From assembly GCA_964016885.1 (NCBI GenBank), contig OZ024742.1:369272001-369336000 (forward strand): a stretch of DNA of 64,000 nt, in the 5' to 3' direction. Each line of letters opens with the position of its first letter. Position 1 is the first letter of the stretch. The position numbers were made by a program, and so were the translations under genes. Shown in pieces: positions 13,501 to 28,500 of the stretch. Under the pieces are notes generated by a model, which searched no databases, was not told the DNA's origin, and was given only the letters and a program-made list of their open reading frames with translations. The stretch comes from Eledone cirrhosa. Its lineage: Eukaryota.

Positions 13501-16500
13501 TACATTTCCTGGTAGATATCTCACTGAGACTTGTGGGGACTACATTTCCTGGTAGATATCTCACTGGGTCTTCTAGAGGCAACATTTCCTGGTAGATATC
13601 TCACTGATTTTGTTAGGGCTACATTTGTTTGTAGATATTTCACTGGGTCTTGTGGAGTCTACATTGTCTGGTAGATATCTCACTGGGTCTTGTGTAGGCT
13701 ACATTTCCTGGTAGATACCTCACTGGGAATTGTGGAGGCTACATTTCCTGCTAGATATGTCACTGATTTTCCGGGGACTAGATTTCCTGGTAGATATCTT
13801 ACTGGGTCTTGTGTAACCTACACTTCCTGGTACATATCTCACTGGGTATTGTAGAGTCTACACTTCCTGGTTGATATATCACTGAGTCTTATGGGGCCAC
13901 ATATCCTGGTAGATATTTAACTGAGTCTTATGGAGTCTACATTCCTTGGTAGATATCTCACCGGGTTTTGTGGTGGCTATATTTCCTGGTAGATATCTCA
14001 CTGGGTCCTGTGGAGGCTACATTTCCTGGTAGATATCTCACTGGATTTTGTGGTGTCTACATTTCCTTGTAGATATTTAACTGGATTTGTGGCGTCTACA
14101 TTTCCTGGTAGATATCACACTGGGTCTTGTGTAGACTACATTTCTTGGTAGATATCTCACTGGATCTTGTGGAGGCTACAATTCCTGGTAGATATCTCAC
14201 TGTGTCTTGTAGATGCTACACTTCCTGGTAGATATCTCACTGGGTCTTGTAAAGGCTAAACCTCCTGGTAAATATCTCACTGGGTGTTGTAGAGGCTTCA
14301 CTTCCTGGTAGATATCTCATTGAGTCTTGTGGGGGCTACATTTCCTGGTTGATATCTCACTGAAACTTGTCGGGGATACATCTTCTGGTAGATATCTCAC
14401 TGGGCTTTGTGGAGGCTACATTTCCTGCTAGATATGTCACTGATTTTCCGGGGACTAGATTTCCTGGTAGATATCTTACTGGGTCTTATAGAGGCTACAT
14501 TTCCTGGTAGATATCTCACAGATCTTTGTGGGTGATACATTTCCTGGTAGATATCTCACTGGGTCTTGTGGGGGCTACATTTTCTGGTAGATATCTCACA
14601 TTGTCTTGCGGAGGCTACATTTCCTGGTAGATATCTCACTGGGTCTTGTGGAGGCTACATTTATTGTTAGATATCTCACTGGGTCTTGTGGAGGCTCATT
14701 TCCTGGTAGATATCTCTCTGGATGTTGTAGAGGCTACACTTCCTGGTAGATATCTCATTGAGTCTTGTGGGGGTTACATTTCCTGGTTGATAGTTCACTG
14801 AGTCTTGTGGGAGCTACATTTTCTGGTAGATATCTCACTGGGTTTTGGGGACGCTAAATTTCTTGGTAGATATCTCACTGAGACATGTGGGGACTACATT
14901 TCCTGGTAGATATCTCACTGGGTATTATAGAGGCTAAACTTTCTGGTAGATATCTCACTGGGTCTTCTAGAGGCAACATTTCCTGGTAGATATCTCACTG
15001 ATTTTGTTAGGGCTACATTTACTTGTAGATATTTCACTGGGTCTTGTGGAGTCTACATTGCCTGGTAGATATCTCACTGGGTCTTGTGGAGGCTACATTT
15101 CCTGGTAGATACCTCACTGGGAATTGTGGAGGCTACATTTGCTGGTAGATACCTCACTGGGTCTTGTAGAGTCTACACTTCCTGTTAGAGATATCACTGG
15201 GTGTTGTAGAGGCTACTCTTCCTGGTAGATATCTCACTGGTTCTGTTAAAAGCGACAGTTCCTGGTAGATATCTAACTGACGCTTGTTGGGTTACATTTC
15301 CTGGTAGATATTTCACTGGGTCTTGTGGAGTCTACATTTCCTGGTAGATATCTCACTGGGTCTTGTGGAGGCTACATTTCTTGGTAGATATCTCACTGGG
15401 TCTTGTGGAGGCTACATTTCCTTGTAGATATCTCGCTGGGTGTTTTAGAGGCTACACTTCCTGGTAGATAACTCTCTGGATGTTGTAGAGCATACACTTC
15501 CTGGTAGATATCTCACTGAGTCTTGTGGGGGTTACATTTCCTGGTTGATACTTCACTGAGTCTTGTGGGAGCTACATTTTCTGGTAGATATCTCATTGCG
15601 TTTTGGTTAGGCTACATTTCCTGGTAGATATCTCACTGGGTCTTATAGAGGCTACACTTCCTGGTAGATATCTCACAGGGTCTTATAGAGGCTACATTTC
15701 CTGGTAGAGATTTAGCTGGGTCTTGTGGAGAATACATTTCCTGGTAGATATCTCACTAAGTCTTGTGGGCGCTACATTTACTGATAGATATTTCACGGTG
15801 TCTTGTGGAGGCTACATTTGCTGGTAGATATCTCACTGGGTCTTATGGAGGCTACATCTACTGGTAGATATCTCACTGGGTCTTGTGGAGGCTACATTTC
15901 CTGGTAGATATCTCACTGGGTCTTGTAGAGGCTACAATTCCTGGTAGATATCTCTCTGTGTCTTGTAGAGGCTAAACTTCGTGGTAGATATCTCATTGGG
16001 TCTTATAGAGGCTACACTTCCTGTAGATATCTCATTGGGTCTTTTATAGGCTACATTTCTTGGTAGATATCTCACTGAGTTTTGTGAGGGCTACATTCCC
16101 TGGTAGATACCTCACTGGGACCTGTGGAGGCTACATTTCCTGGTAGATATCTCACTCGGTCTTGTGTAAGCTACACTTCCTGGTTCATATCTCACTGGGT
16201 CTTGTAGAGTCTACACTTCCTGGTAGATATATCACTGAGTCTTATGGGGCTACATATCCTGGTAGATATTTAACTGGGTCTTGTGGAGTCTAGATTTCCT
16301 GGTAGATATCTCACTGGGCCTTGTGGAGTCTACATTCCTTGGTAGATATCTCACCAGGTCTTGTGGTGGCTACATTTCCGGGTAGATATCTCACTGGGTC
16401 CTGTGGAGGCTACATTTCCTGGTAGATATCTCACTGGATCTTGTGGGGTCTACATTTCCTGGTAGATATTTAACTGGGTTTGTGGGGTCTACATTTCCTG

Positions 16501-19500
16501 GTAGATATCTCACTGGGTCTTGTGGAGGCTACATTTCGTGGTAGATATCTCACTGGGTCTTGTGAAGGCTACATTTCCTGGTAGATATCTCACTGGGTCT
16601 TGTGTAGGCTACATTACCTGGTAGATATCATGCTGGGTGTTGTAGAGACTACTCTTCCTGGTAGATATCTCACTGTGTGTTCTAGAGGCTACACTTCTTG
16701 GTAGATATCTCACTGAGTTTTGTTGGGGCAACATTTTCTGGTAGATATTTCACTGGGTCTTGTGAAGGCTACATTTCCTGGTAGATATCTCACTGGGTCT
16801 TGTGGAGGCTACATTGCTTGGTAGATATCTCACTGGGTCTTGTGGAGGCAACATTTCCTGGTAGATATCTCACTGGGTGTTGTAAGGGCTTCACTTCCTG
16901 TTAGATATCACATTGAGTCTTGCGGGGGCTACATTTCCTGGTTGATATCTCACTGAATCTTGTCGGGAATACATTTTCTGGTAGATATCTCATTGGGTTT
17001 TGTGGAGGCTACATTTCCTGGTAGATATCTAAGTGGCTCTTGTGGAGGCTACACTTCCTGGTAGATATCCACTGGTTCTTCTGGAGGCTACATTTCCTGG
17101 TAGATATCTCACTGGGTCTTGTGGAGGCTACATTGCCTGGTATATATCTCACTGGGTCTTGCGGAGGCTACATTTCCTGGTTGATATCTCGCTGGCTCTT
17201 GTGGAGGCTACATTTCCTGGTAGATATCTCACTGGGTCTTGTGGAGGCTACATTTCCTAGTAGATATCTCACTGGATCTTGTGAGGGCTACATTTCTTGC
17301 TAGATATCTCACAGGGTCTTGCGGAGGCTACATTTTCTGGTAGATATCTCACATTGTCTTGCGGAGGCTACATTTCCTGGTAGATATCTCACTGGGTCTT
17401 GTGGAGGCTACATTTATTGTTAGATATCTCACTGGGTCTTGTGGAGGCTCATTTCCTGGTAGATATCTCTCTGGATGTTGTAGAGGCTACACTTCCTGGT
17501 AGATATCTCATTGAGTCTTGTGGGGTTACATTTCCTGGTTGATAGTTCACTGAGTCTTGTGGGAGCTACATTTTCTGGTAGATATCTCACTGGGTTTTGG
17601 GGACGCTAAATTTCTTGGTAGATATCTCACTGAGACATGTGGGGACTACATTTCCTGGTAAATATCTCACTGGGTATTATAGAGGCTCAACTTTCTGGTA
17701 GATATCTCACTGGGTCTTCTAGAGGCAACATTTCCTGGTAGATATCTCACTGATTTTGTTAGGGCTACATTTACTTGTAGATATTTCACCGGGTCTTGTG
17801 GAGTCTACATTGCCTGGTAGATATCTCACTGGGTCTTGTGGAGGCTACATTTCCTGGTAGATACCTCACTGGGAATTGTGGAGGCTACATTTGCTGGTAG
17901 ATACCTCACTGGGTCTTGTAGAGTCTACACTTCCTGTTAGAGATATCACTGAGTCTTATGGGGCCACATATCCTGGTAGATATTTAACTGGGTCTTGTGG
18001 AGTCTACATTACCTGGTAGATATCTCACTGGTCCTTGTGGAGTCTACATTTCCTGGTAGATACCACACTGGGAATTGTGGAGGCTACATTTCCTGGTAGA
18101 TACCTCACTGGGTCTTGTAGAGTCTACACTTCCTGTTAGAGATATCACTGAGTCTTATGGGGCCACATATCCTGGTAGATATTTAACTGGGTCTTGTGGA
18201 GTCTACATTACCTGGTAGATATCTCACTGGTCCTTGTGGAGTCTACATTTCCTTGGTAGATATCTCACCGGGTTTTGTGGTGTCTACATTTCCTGGTAGA
18301 TATCTCACTGGGTCCTGTGGAGGTTACATTTCCTCGTAGATATCTCACTGGATTTTGTGGGGTCTACATTTTCTGGTAGATATTTAACTGGGTTTGTGGG
18401 GTCTACATTTCCTGGTAGATATCTCACTGGGTCTTGTGTAGGCTACATTTACTGATAGATATCTCACTGGGTGTTGTTGAGGCTACTCTTCCTGGTAGAT
18501 ATCTCACTGGGTCTTGTGGAGGCTACATTTCTTGGTAGATATATCACTGTGTGTTCTAGAGAGAACACTTCCTGGTAGATATCTCACTGTGTCTTGTAGA
18601 TGCTACACTTCCTGGTAGATATCTCACTGGGTCTTGTAAAGGCTACACTTCCTGGTAGATATCTCATTGGGTGTTGTAGAGGCTTCACTTCCTGGTAGAT
18701 ATCTCATTGAGTCTTGTGGGGGCTACATTTGCTGGTTGATATCTCACTGAATCTTGTCGGAGATACATCTTCTGGTATATATCTCACTGGGCTTTGTGGA
18801 GAGTATATTTCCTGCTAGATATGTCACTGATTTTCCAGGGACTAGATTTCCTGGTAGATATCTTACTGGGTCTTATAGAGGCTACATTTCCTGGTAGATA
18901 TCTCACTGATCTTTGTGGGTGCTACATTTCCTGGTAGATATCTCACGGGATCTTGTAGAGGCTACACTTCCTGGCGAGATATCTCACTGGGTGTTGTAGA
19001 GGCTACACTTTCGGGTAGATACCTCACTGGGTCTTGTGGGGGCTACATTGCCTGGTAGATATTTCACTGGGTGTTGTGGAGGCTACATTTCCTTGTCGAT
19101 ATCTCACTGGGTCTTGTGGAGGCTTCACTTCCTGGTAGATATCTCATTGAGTCTTGTGGGGTTACATTTCCTGGTTGATACTTCACTGAGTCTTGTGGGA
19201 GCTACATTTCCTGGTAGATATCTCACTGAGACTTGTGGGGACTACATTTCCTGGTAGATATCTCACTGGGTCTTCTAGAGGCAACATTTCCTGGTAGATA
19301 TCTCACTGATTTTGTTAGGGCTACATTTGTTTGTAGATATTTCACTGGGTCTTGTGGAGTCTACATTGTCTGGTAGATATCTCACTGGGTCTTGTGTAGG
19401 CTACATTTCCTGGTAGATACCTCACTGGGAATTGTGGAGGCTACATTTCCTGCTAGATATGTCACTGATTTTCCGGGGACTAGATTTCCTGGTAGATATC

Positions 19501-22500
19501 TTACTGGGTCTTGTGTAACCTACACTTCCTGGTACATATCTCACTGGGTATTGTAGAGTCTACACTTCCTGGTTGATATATCACTGAGTCTTATGGGGCC
19601 ACATATCCTGGTAGATATTTAACTGAGTCTTATGGAGTCTACATTCCTTGGTAGATATCTCACCGGGTTTTGTGGTGGCTATATTTCCTGGTAGATATCT
19701 CACTGGGTCCTGTGGAGGCTACATTTCCTGGTAGATATCTCACTGGATTTTGTGGTGTCTACATTTCCTTGTAGATATTTAACTGGATTTGTGGCGTCTA
19801 CATTTCCTGGTAGATATCACACTGGGTCTTGTGTAGACTACATTTCCTGGTAGATATCTCACTGTGTGTTCTTGAGGCTACTCTTCCTGTTAGATATCTC
19901 ACTGTGTGTACTAGAGGCTACACTTCCTGGTAGATATCTCACTGTGTCTTGTGGAGACTACATTTCTTGGTAGATATCTCACTGGATCTTGTGGAGGCTA
20001 CAATTCCTGGTAGATATCTCACTGTGTCTTGTAGATGCTACACTTCCTGGTAGATATCTCACTGGGTCTTGTAAAGGCTAAACCTCCTGGTAAATATCTC
20101 ACTGGGTGTTGTAGAGGCTTCACTTCCTGGTAGATATCTCATTGAGTCTTGTGGGGGCTACATTTCCTGGTTGATATCTCACTGAAACTTGTCGGGGATA
20201 CATCTTCTGGTAGATATCTCACTGGGCTTTGTGGAGGCTACATTTCCTGCTAGATATGTCACTGATTTTCCGGGGACTAGATTTCCTGGTAGATATCTTA
20301 CTGGGTCTTATAGAGGCTACATTTCCTGGTAGATATCTCACAGATCTTTGTGGGTGATACATTTCCTGGTAGATATCTCACTGGGTCTTGTGGGGGCTAC
20401 ATTTACTGGTAGATATTTCACTGGGTTTGCGGAGTCTACATTTCCTGATAGATATTTCACTGGGTCTTGTGGAGGCTACATTGCCTGGTATATATCTCAC
20501 TTGGTCTTGTGGAGGCTACATTTCCTGGTTGATATCTCACTGGCTCTTGTGGAGGCTACATTTCCTAGTAGATATCTCACTGGATCTTGTGGGGGCTACA
20601 TTTCCTGGTAGATATCTCACTGGGTCTTGTGGAGGCTACATTTATTGGTAGATATCTCACTGGGTCTTGTGGAGGCTACATTTCCTGGTAGATATCTCTC
20701 TGGATGTTGTAGAGGCTACACTTCCTGGTAGATATCTCATTCAGTCTTGTGGGGGTTACATTTCCTGGTTGATACTTCACTGAGTCTTGTGGGAGCTACA
20801 TTTCCTGGTAGATATCTCACTGATTTTGTTAGGGCTACATTTCCTTGTAGATATTTCACTGGGTCTTGTGGAGTCTACATTGCCTGGTAGATATCTCACT
20901 GGGTCTTGTGGAGGCTACATTTCCTGGTGAATACCTCACTGGGAATTGTGGAGGCTACATTTCCTGGTAGATATCTCACTGAGACTTGTGGGGACTACAT
21001 TTCCTGGTAGATATCTCACTGGGTATTATAGAGGCAAAACATCCTGGTAGATATCTCACTGTTTCTTCTAGAGGCAACATTTCCTGGTAGATATCTCACT
21101 GATTTTGTTAGGGCTACATTCCCTTGTAGATATTTCAGTGGGTATTGTGGAGTCTACATTGCCTGGTAGATATCTCACTGGGTCTTGTGGAGGCTATATT
21201 TCCTGGTGAATACCTCACTGGGAATTATGGAGGCTACATTTCCGGGTAGATCGCTGACTGGGTCTAGGGTAAGCTACACCTCCTGGTACATATCTTACTG
21301 GGTCTTGTAGAGTCTACACTTCCTGGTAGAGATATCACTGAGTCTTATGGGGCCACATATCCTGGTAGATATTTAACTGGGTCTTGTGGAGTCTACATGA
21401 CCTGGTAGATATCTCACTGGTCCTTGTGGAGTCTACATTCCTTGGTAGATATCTCACCGGGTTTTGTGGTGGCTACATTTCCTGGTAGATATCTCACTGG
21501 GTCCTGTGGAGGCTACATTTCGTGGTAGATATCTCACTGGGTCTTGTGTAGGCTACATTTCCTGGTAGATATCTCACTGGGTGTTGTTGAGGCTACTCTT
21601 CCTGTTAGATATCTCACTGTGTGTTCTAGAGAGTACACTTCATGGTAGATATCTCACTGGGTCTTGTGGAGGCTACATTTCCTGGTAGACATCTCACTGT
21701 GTCTTGTAGATGCTACACTTCCTGGTAGATATCTAACTGGGTCTTGTAAAGGCTACACTTCCTGGTAGATATCTCACTGGGAGTTGTAGAGGCTTCACTT
21801 CCTGGTAGATATCTCATTGAGTCTTGTGGGGGCTACATTTCCTGGTTGATATCTCACTGAATCTTGTCGGAGATACATCTTCTGGTAGATATCTCACTGG
21901 GCTTTGTGGAGGCTACATTTCCTGCTAGATATGTCACTGATTTTCCAGGGACTAGATTTCCCGGTAGATATCTTACTGGGTCTTATAGAGGCTACATTTC
22001 CTGGTAGATATCTCACTGATCTTTGTGGGTGCTACATTTCCTGGTAGATGTCTCACGGGATCTTGTAGAGGCTACACTTCCTGGTGAGATATCTCACTGG
22101 GTGTTGTAGAGGCTACACTTTCCGGTAGATACCTCACTGGGTCTTGTAGGGGCTACATTGCCTGGTAGATATTTCACTGGGTGTTGTGGAGGCTACATTT
22201 CCTGGTCGATATCTCACTAGGTCTTGTGGAGGATAAATTTCCTGGTTGATATCTCATTGAGTCTTGTGGGGGTTACATTTCCAGGTTGATAATTCACTGA
22301 GTCATGTGGAGGCTTCACTTCCTGGTAGATATCGCACTGGGTCTTGTGGAGGCTACATTTCTTGGTAGATATCTCACTGGGTCTTGTGGAGGCTACATTT
22401 CCTGGTAGATATCTCTCTGGATGTTGTAGAGGCTACGCTTCCTGGTAGATACTTCACTGAGTCTTGTGGGAGCTACATTTTCTGGTAGATATCTCACTGG

Positions 22501-25500
22501 GTTTTGGGGAGGCTACATTTCCTGGTAGATATCTCACTGAGACTTGTGGGGACTACATTTGCTGGTAGATATCTCACTGGGTATTATAGAGACTAAACTT
22601 CCTGGTAGATATCTCACTGGGTCTTCTAGAGGCAACATTTCCTGGTAGATATCTCACTGATTTTGTTAGGTATACATTTCCTTGTAGATATTTCACTGGG
22701 TCTTGTGGAGTCTACATTGACTGGTAGATATCTCACTGGGTCTTGGGGTGGCTATATTTCCTGATAGAAACCTCACTGGGAATTGTGGAGGCTACACTTC
22801 CTGGTAGATATCTCACTGGGTCTTGTGTAAGCTACACTTCCTGGTACATATCTCACTGGGTCTTGTAGAGTCTACACTTCCTGGTAGATACATCACTAAG
22901 TCTTATGGGGCCACATATCCTGGTAGATATTTAACTGGGTCTTGTGGAGTCTACATTTCATGGTAGATATCTCACTGGTCCTTGTGGAGTCTACATTTCC
23001 TGGTAGATATCTCACTGGGTCCAGTGGAGGCTACATTTCCTGGTAGATATTTCACTGGGTCCTGTGGAGTCTACATTTCCTGGTAGATATCTCACTGGGT
23101 CCTGTGGAGTCTACATTTCCTGGTAGATATCTCACTGGATTTTGTGGGGTCTACATTTCCTGGTGGATATTTAACTGGGTTTGTGGGGTCTACATTTCCT
23201 GGTAGATATCTCACTGGGTTTGAGGATTCTACATTCACTGGTAGATATCGCACTGGGTCTTGTGGAGGCTACATTTCCTGGTAGATATCTCACTGGTCCT
23301 TGTGGAGTCTACATTTCTTTGGTAGATATCTCACCGGGTTTTGTGGTGTCTACATTTCCTGGTAGATATCTCACTGGGTCCTGTGGAGGTTACATTTCCT
23401 CGTAGATATCTCACTGGATTTTGTGGGGTCTACATTTTCTGGTAGATATTTAACTGGGTTTGTGGGGTCTACATTTCCTGGTAGATATCTCACTGGGTCT
23501 TGTGTAGGCTACATTTACTGATAGATATCTCACTGGGTGTTGTTGAGGCTACTCTTCCTGGTAGATATCTCACTGGGTCTTGTGGAGGCTACATTTCTTG
23601 GTAGATATATCACTGTGTGTTCTAGAGAGAACACTTCCTGGTAGATATCTCACTGTGTCTTGTAGATGCTACACTTCCTGGTAGATATCTCACTGGGTCT
23701 TGTAAAGGCTACACTTCCTGGTAGATATCTCATTGGGTGTTGTAGAGGCTTCACTTCCTGGTAGATATCTCATTGAGTCTTGTGGGGGCTACATTTGCTG
23801 GTTGATATCTCACTGAATCTTGTCGGAGATACATCTTCTGGTATATATCTCACTGGGCTTTGTGGAGAGTATATTTCCTGCTAGATATGTCACTGATTTT
23901 CCAGGGACTAGATTTCCTGGTAGATATCTTACTGGGTCTTATAGAGGCTACATTTCCTGGTAGATATCTCACTGATCTTTGTGGGTGCTACATTTCCTGG
24001 TAGATATCTCACGGGATCTTGTAGAGGCTACACTTCCTGGCGAGATATCTCACTGGGTGTTGTAGAGGCTACACTTTCGGGTAGATACCTCACTGGGTCT
24101 TGTGGGGGCTACATTGCCTGGTAGATATTTCACTGGGTGTTGTGGAGGCTACATTTCCTTGTCGATATCTCACTGGGTCTTGTGGAGGCTTCACTTCCTG
24201 GTAGATATCTCATTGAGTCTTGTGGGGTTACATTTCCTGGTTGATACTTCACTGAGTCTTGTGGGAGCTACATTTCCTGGTAGATATCTCACTGAGACTT
24301 GTGGGGACTACATTTCCTGGTAGATATCTCACTGGGTCTTCTAGAGGCAACATTTCCTGGTAGATATCTCACTGATTTTGTTAGGGCTACATTTGTTTGT
24401 AGATATTTCACTGGGTCTTGTGGAGTCTACATTGTCTGGTAGATATCTCACTGGGTCTTGTGTAGGCTACATTTCCTGGTAGATACCTCACTGGGAATTG
24501 TGGAGGCTACATTTCCTGCTAGATATGTCACTGATTTTCCGGGGACTAGATTTCCTGGTAGATATCTTACTGGGTCTTGTGTAACCTACACTTCCTGGTA
24601 CATATCTCACTGGGTATTGTAGAGTCTACACTTCCTGGTTGATATATCACTGAGTCTTATGGGGCCACATATCCTGGTAGATATTTAACTGAGTCTTATG
24701 GAGTCTACATTCCTTGGTAGATATCTCACCGGGTTTTGTGGTGGCTATATTTCCTGGTAGATATCTCACTGGGTCCTGTGGAGGCTACATTTCCTGGTAG
24801 ATATCTCACTGGATTTTGTGGTGTCTACATTTCCTTGTAGATATTTAACTGGATTTGTGGCGTCTACATTTCCTGGTAGATATCACACTGGGTCTTGTGT
24901 AGACTACATTTCCTGGTAGATATCTCACTGTGTGTTCTTGAGGCTACTCTTCCTGTTAGATATCTCACTGTGTGTACTAGAGGCTACACTTCCTGGTAGA
25001 TATCTCACTGTGTCTTGTGGAGACTACATTTCTTGGTAGATATCTCACTGGATCTTGTGGAGGCTACAATTCCTGGTAGATATCTCACTGTGTCTTGTAG
25101 ATGCTACACTTCCTGGTAGATATCTCACTGGGTCTTGTAAAGGCTAAACCTCCTGGTAAATATCTCACTGGGTGTTGTAGAGGCTTCACTTCCTGGTAGA
25201 TATCTCATTGAGTCTTGTGGGGGCTACATTTCCTGGTTGATATCTCACTGAAACTTGTCGGGGATACATCTTCTGGTAGATATCTCACTGGGCTTTGTGG
25301 AGGCTACATTTCCTGCTAGATATGTCACTGATTTTCCGGGGACTAGATTTCCTGGTAGATATCTTACTGGGTCTTATAGAGGCTACATTTCCTGGTAGAT
25401 ATCTCACAGATCTTTGTGGGTGATACATTTCCTGGTAGATATCTCACTGGGTCTTGTGGGGGCTACATTTACTGGTAGATATTTCACTGGGTTTGCGGAG

Positions 25501-28500
25501 TCTACATTTCCTGATAGATATTTCACTGGGTCTTGTGGAGGCTACATTGCCTGGTATATATCTCACTTGGTCTTGTGGAGGCTACATTTCCTGGTTGATA
25601 TCTCACTGGCTCTTGTGGAGGCTACATTTCCTAGTAGATATCTCACTGGATCTTGTGGGGGCTACATTTCCTGGTAGATATCTCACTGGGTCTTGTGGAG
25701 GCTACATTTATTGGTAGATATCTCACTGGGTCTTGTGGAGGCTACATTTCCTGGTAGATATCTCTCTGGATGTTGTAGAGGCTACACTTCCTGGTAGATA
25801 TCTCATTCAGTCTTGTGGGGGTTACATTTCCTGGTTGATACTTCACTGAGTCTTGTGGGAGCTACATTTCCTGGTAGATATCTCACTGATTTTGTTAGGG
25901 CTACATTTCCTTGTAGATATTTCACTGGGTCTTGTGGAGTCTACATTGCCTGGTAGATATCTCACTGGGTCTTGTGGAGGCTACATTTCCTGGTGAATAC
26001 CTCACTGGGAATTGTGGAGGCTACATTTCCTGGTAGATATCTCACTGAGACTTGTGGGGACTACATTTCCTGGTAGATATCTCACTGGGTATTATAGAGG
26101 CAAAACATCCTGGTAGATATCTCACTGTTTCTTCTAGAGGCAACATTTCCTGGTAGATATCTCACTGATTTTGTTAGGGCTACATTCCCTTGTAGATATT
26201 TCAGTGGGTATTGTGGAGTCTACATTGCCTGGTAGATATCTCACTGGGTCTTGTGGAGGCTATATTTCCTGGTGAATACCTCACTGGGAATTATGGAGGC
26301 TACATTTCCGGGTAGATCGCTGACTGGGTCTAGGGTAAGCTACACCTCCTGGTACATATCTTACTGGGTCTTGTAGAGTCTACACTTCCTGGTAGAGATA
26401 TCACTGAGTCTTATGGGGCCACATATCCTGGTAGATATTTAACTGGGTCTTGTGGAGTCTACATGACCTGGTAGATATCTCACTGGTCCTTGTGGAGTCT
26501 ACATTCCTTGGTAGATATCTCACCGGGTTTTGTGGTGGCTACATTTCCTGGTAGATATCTCACTGGGTCCTGTGGAGGCTACATTTCGTGGTAGATATCT
26601 CACTGGGTCTTGTGTAGGCTACATTTCCTGGTAGATATCTCACTGGGTGTTGTTGAGGCTACTCTTCCTGTTAGATATCTCACTGTGTGTTCTAGAGAGT
26701 ACACTTCATGGTAGATATCTCACTGGGTCTTGTGGAGGCTACATTTCCTGGTAGACATCTCACTGTGTCTTGTAGATGCTACACTTCCTGGTAGATATCT
26801 AACTGGGTCTTGTAAAGGCTACACTTCCTGGTAGATATCTCACTGGGAGTTGTAGAGGCTTCACTTCCTGGTAGATATCTCATTGAGTCTTGTGGGGGCT
26901 ACATTTCCTGGTTGATATCTCACTGAATCTTGTCGGAGATACATCTTCTGGTAGATATCTCACTGGGCTTTGTGGAGGCTACATTTCCTGCTAGATATGT
27001 CACTGATTTTCCAGGGACTAGATTTCCCGGTAGATATCTTACTGGGTCTTATAGAGGCTACATTTCCTGGTAGATATCTCACTGATCTTTGTGGGTGCTA
27101 CATTTCCTGGTAGATGTCTCACGGGATCTTGTAGAGGCTACACTTCCTGGTGAGATATCTCACTGGGTGTTGTAGAGGCTACACTTTCCGGTAGATACCT
27201 CACTGGGTCTTGTAGGGGCTACATTGCCTGGTAGATATTTCACTGGGTGTTGTGGAGGCTACATTTCCTGGTCGATATCTCACTAGGTCTTGTGGAGGAT
27301 AAATTTCCTGGTTGATATCTCATTGAGTCTTGTGGGGGTTACATTTCCAGGTTGATAATTCACTGAGTCATGTGGAGGCTTCACTTCCTGGTAGATATCG
27401 CACTGGGTCTTGTGGAGGCTACATTTCTTGGTAGATATCTCACTGGGTCTTGTGGAGGCTACATTTCCTGGTAGATATCTCTCTGGATGTTGTAGAGGCT
27501 ACGCTTCCTGGTAGATACTTCACTGAGTCTTGTGGGAGCTACATTTTCTGGTAGATATCTCACTGGGTTTTGGGGAGGCTACATTTCCTGGTAGATATCT
27601 CACTGAGACTTGTGGGGACTACATTTGCTGGTAGATATCTCACTGGGTATTATAGAGACTAAACTTCCTGGTAGATATCTCACTGGGTCTTCTAGAGGCA
27701 ACATTTCCTGGTAGATATCTCACTGATTTTGTTAGGTATACATTTCCTTGTAGATATTTCACTGGGTCTTGTGGAGTCTACATTGACTGGTAGATATCTC
27801 ACTGGGTCTTGGGGTGGCTATATTTCCTGATAGAAACCTCACTGGGAATTGTGGAGGCTACACTTCCTGGTAGATATCTCACTGGGTCTTGTGTAAGCTA
27901 CACTTCCTGGTACATATCTCACTGGGTCTTGTAGAGTCTACACTTCCTGGTAGATACATCACTAAGTCTTATGGGGCCACATATCCTGGTAGATATTTAA
28001 CTGGGTCTTGTGGAGTCTACATTTCATGGTAGATATCTCACTGGTCCTTGTGGAGTCTACATTTCCTGGTAGATATCTCACTGGGTCCAGTGGAGGCTAC
28101 ATTTCCTGGTAGATATTTCACTGGGTCCTGTGGAGTCTACATTTCCTGGTAGATATCTCACTGGGTCCTGTGGAGTCTACATTTCCTGGTAGATATCTCA
28201 CTGGATTTTGTGGGGTCTACATTTCCTGGTGGATATTTAACTGGGTTTGTGGGGTCTACATTTCCTGGTAGATATCTCACTGGGTTTGAGGATTCTACAT
28301 TCACTGGTAGATATCGCACTGGGTCTTGTGGAGGCTACATTTCCTGGCAGATATCTCACTGGGTCTTGTGCAGGCTACATTTCCTGGTACATATCTCACT
28401 GGGTGTTGTAGAGGCTACTCTTCCTGGTAGATATCTCACTGAGGCTTGTGGGGCTACAGTTCCTGGTAGATATCTCACTGGGTCATCTAGAGGCTACATT

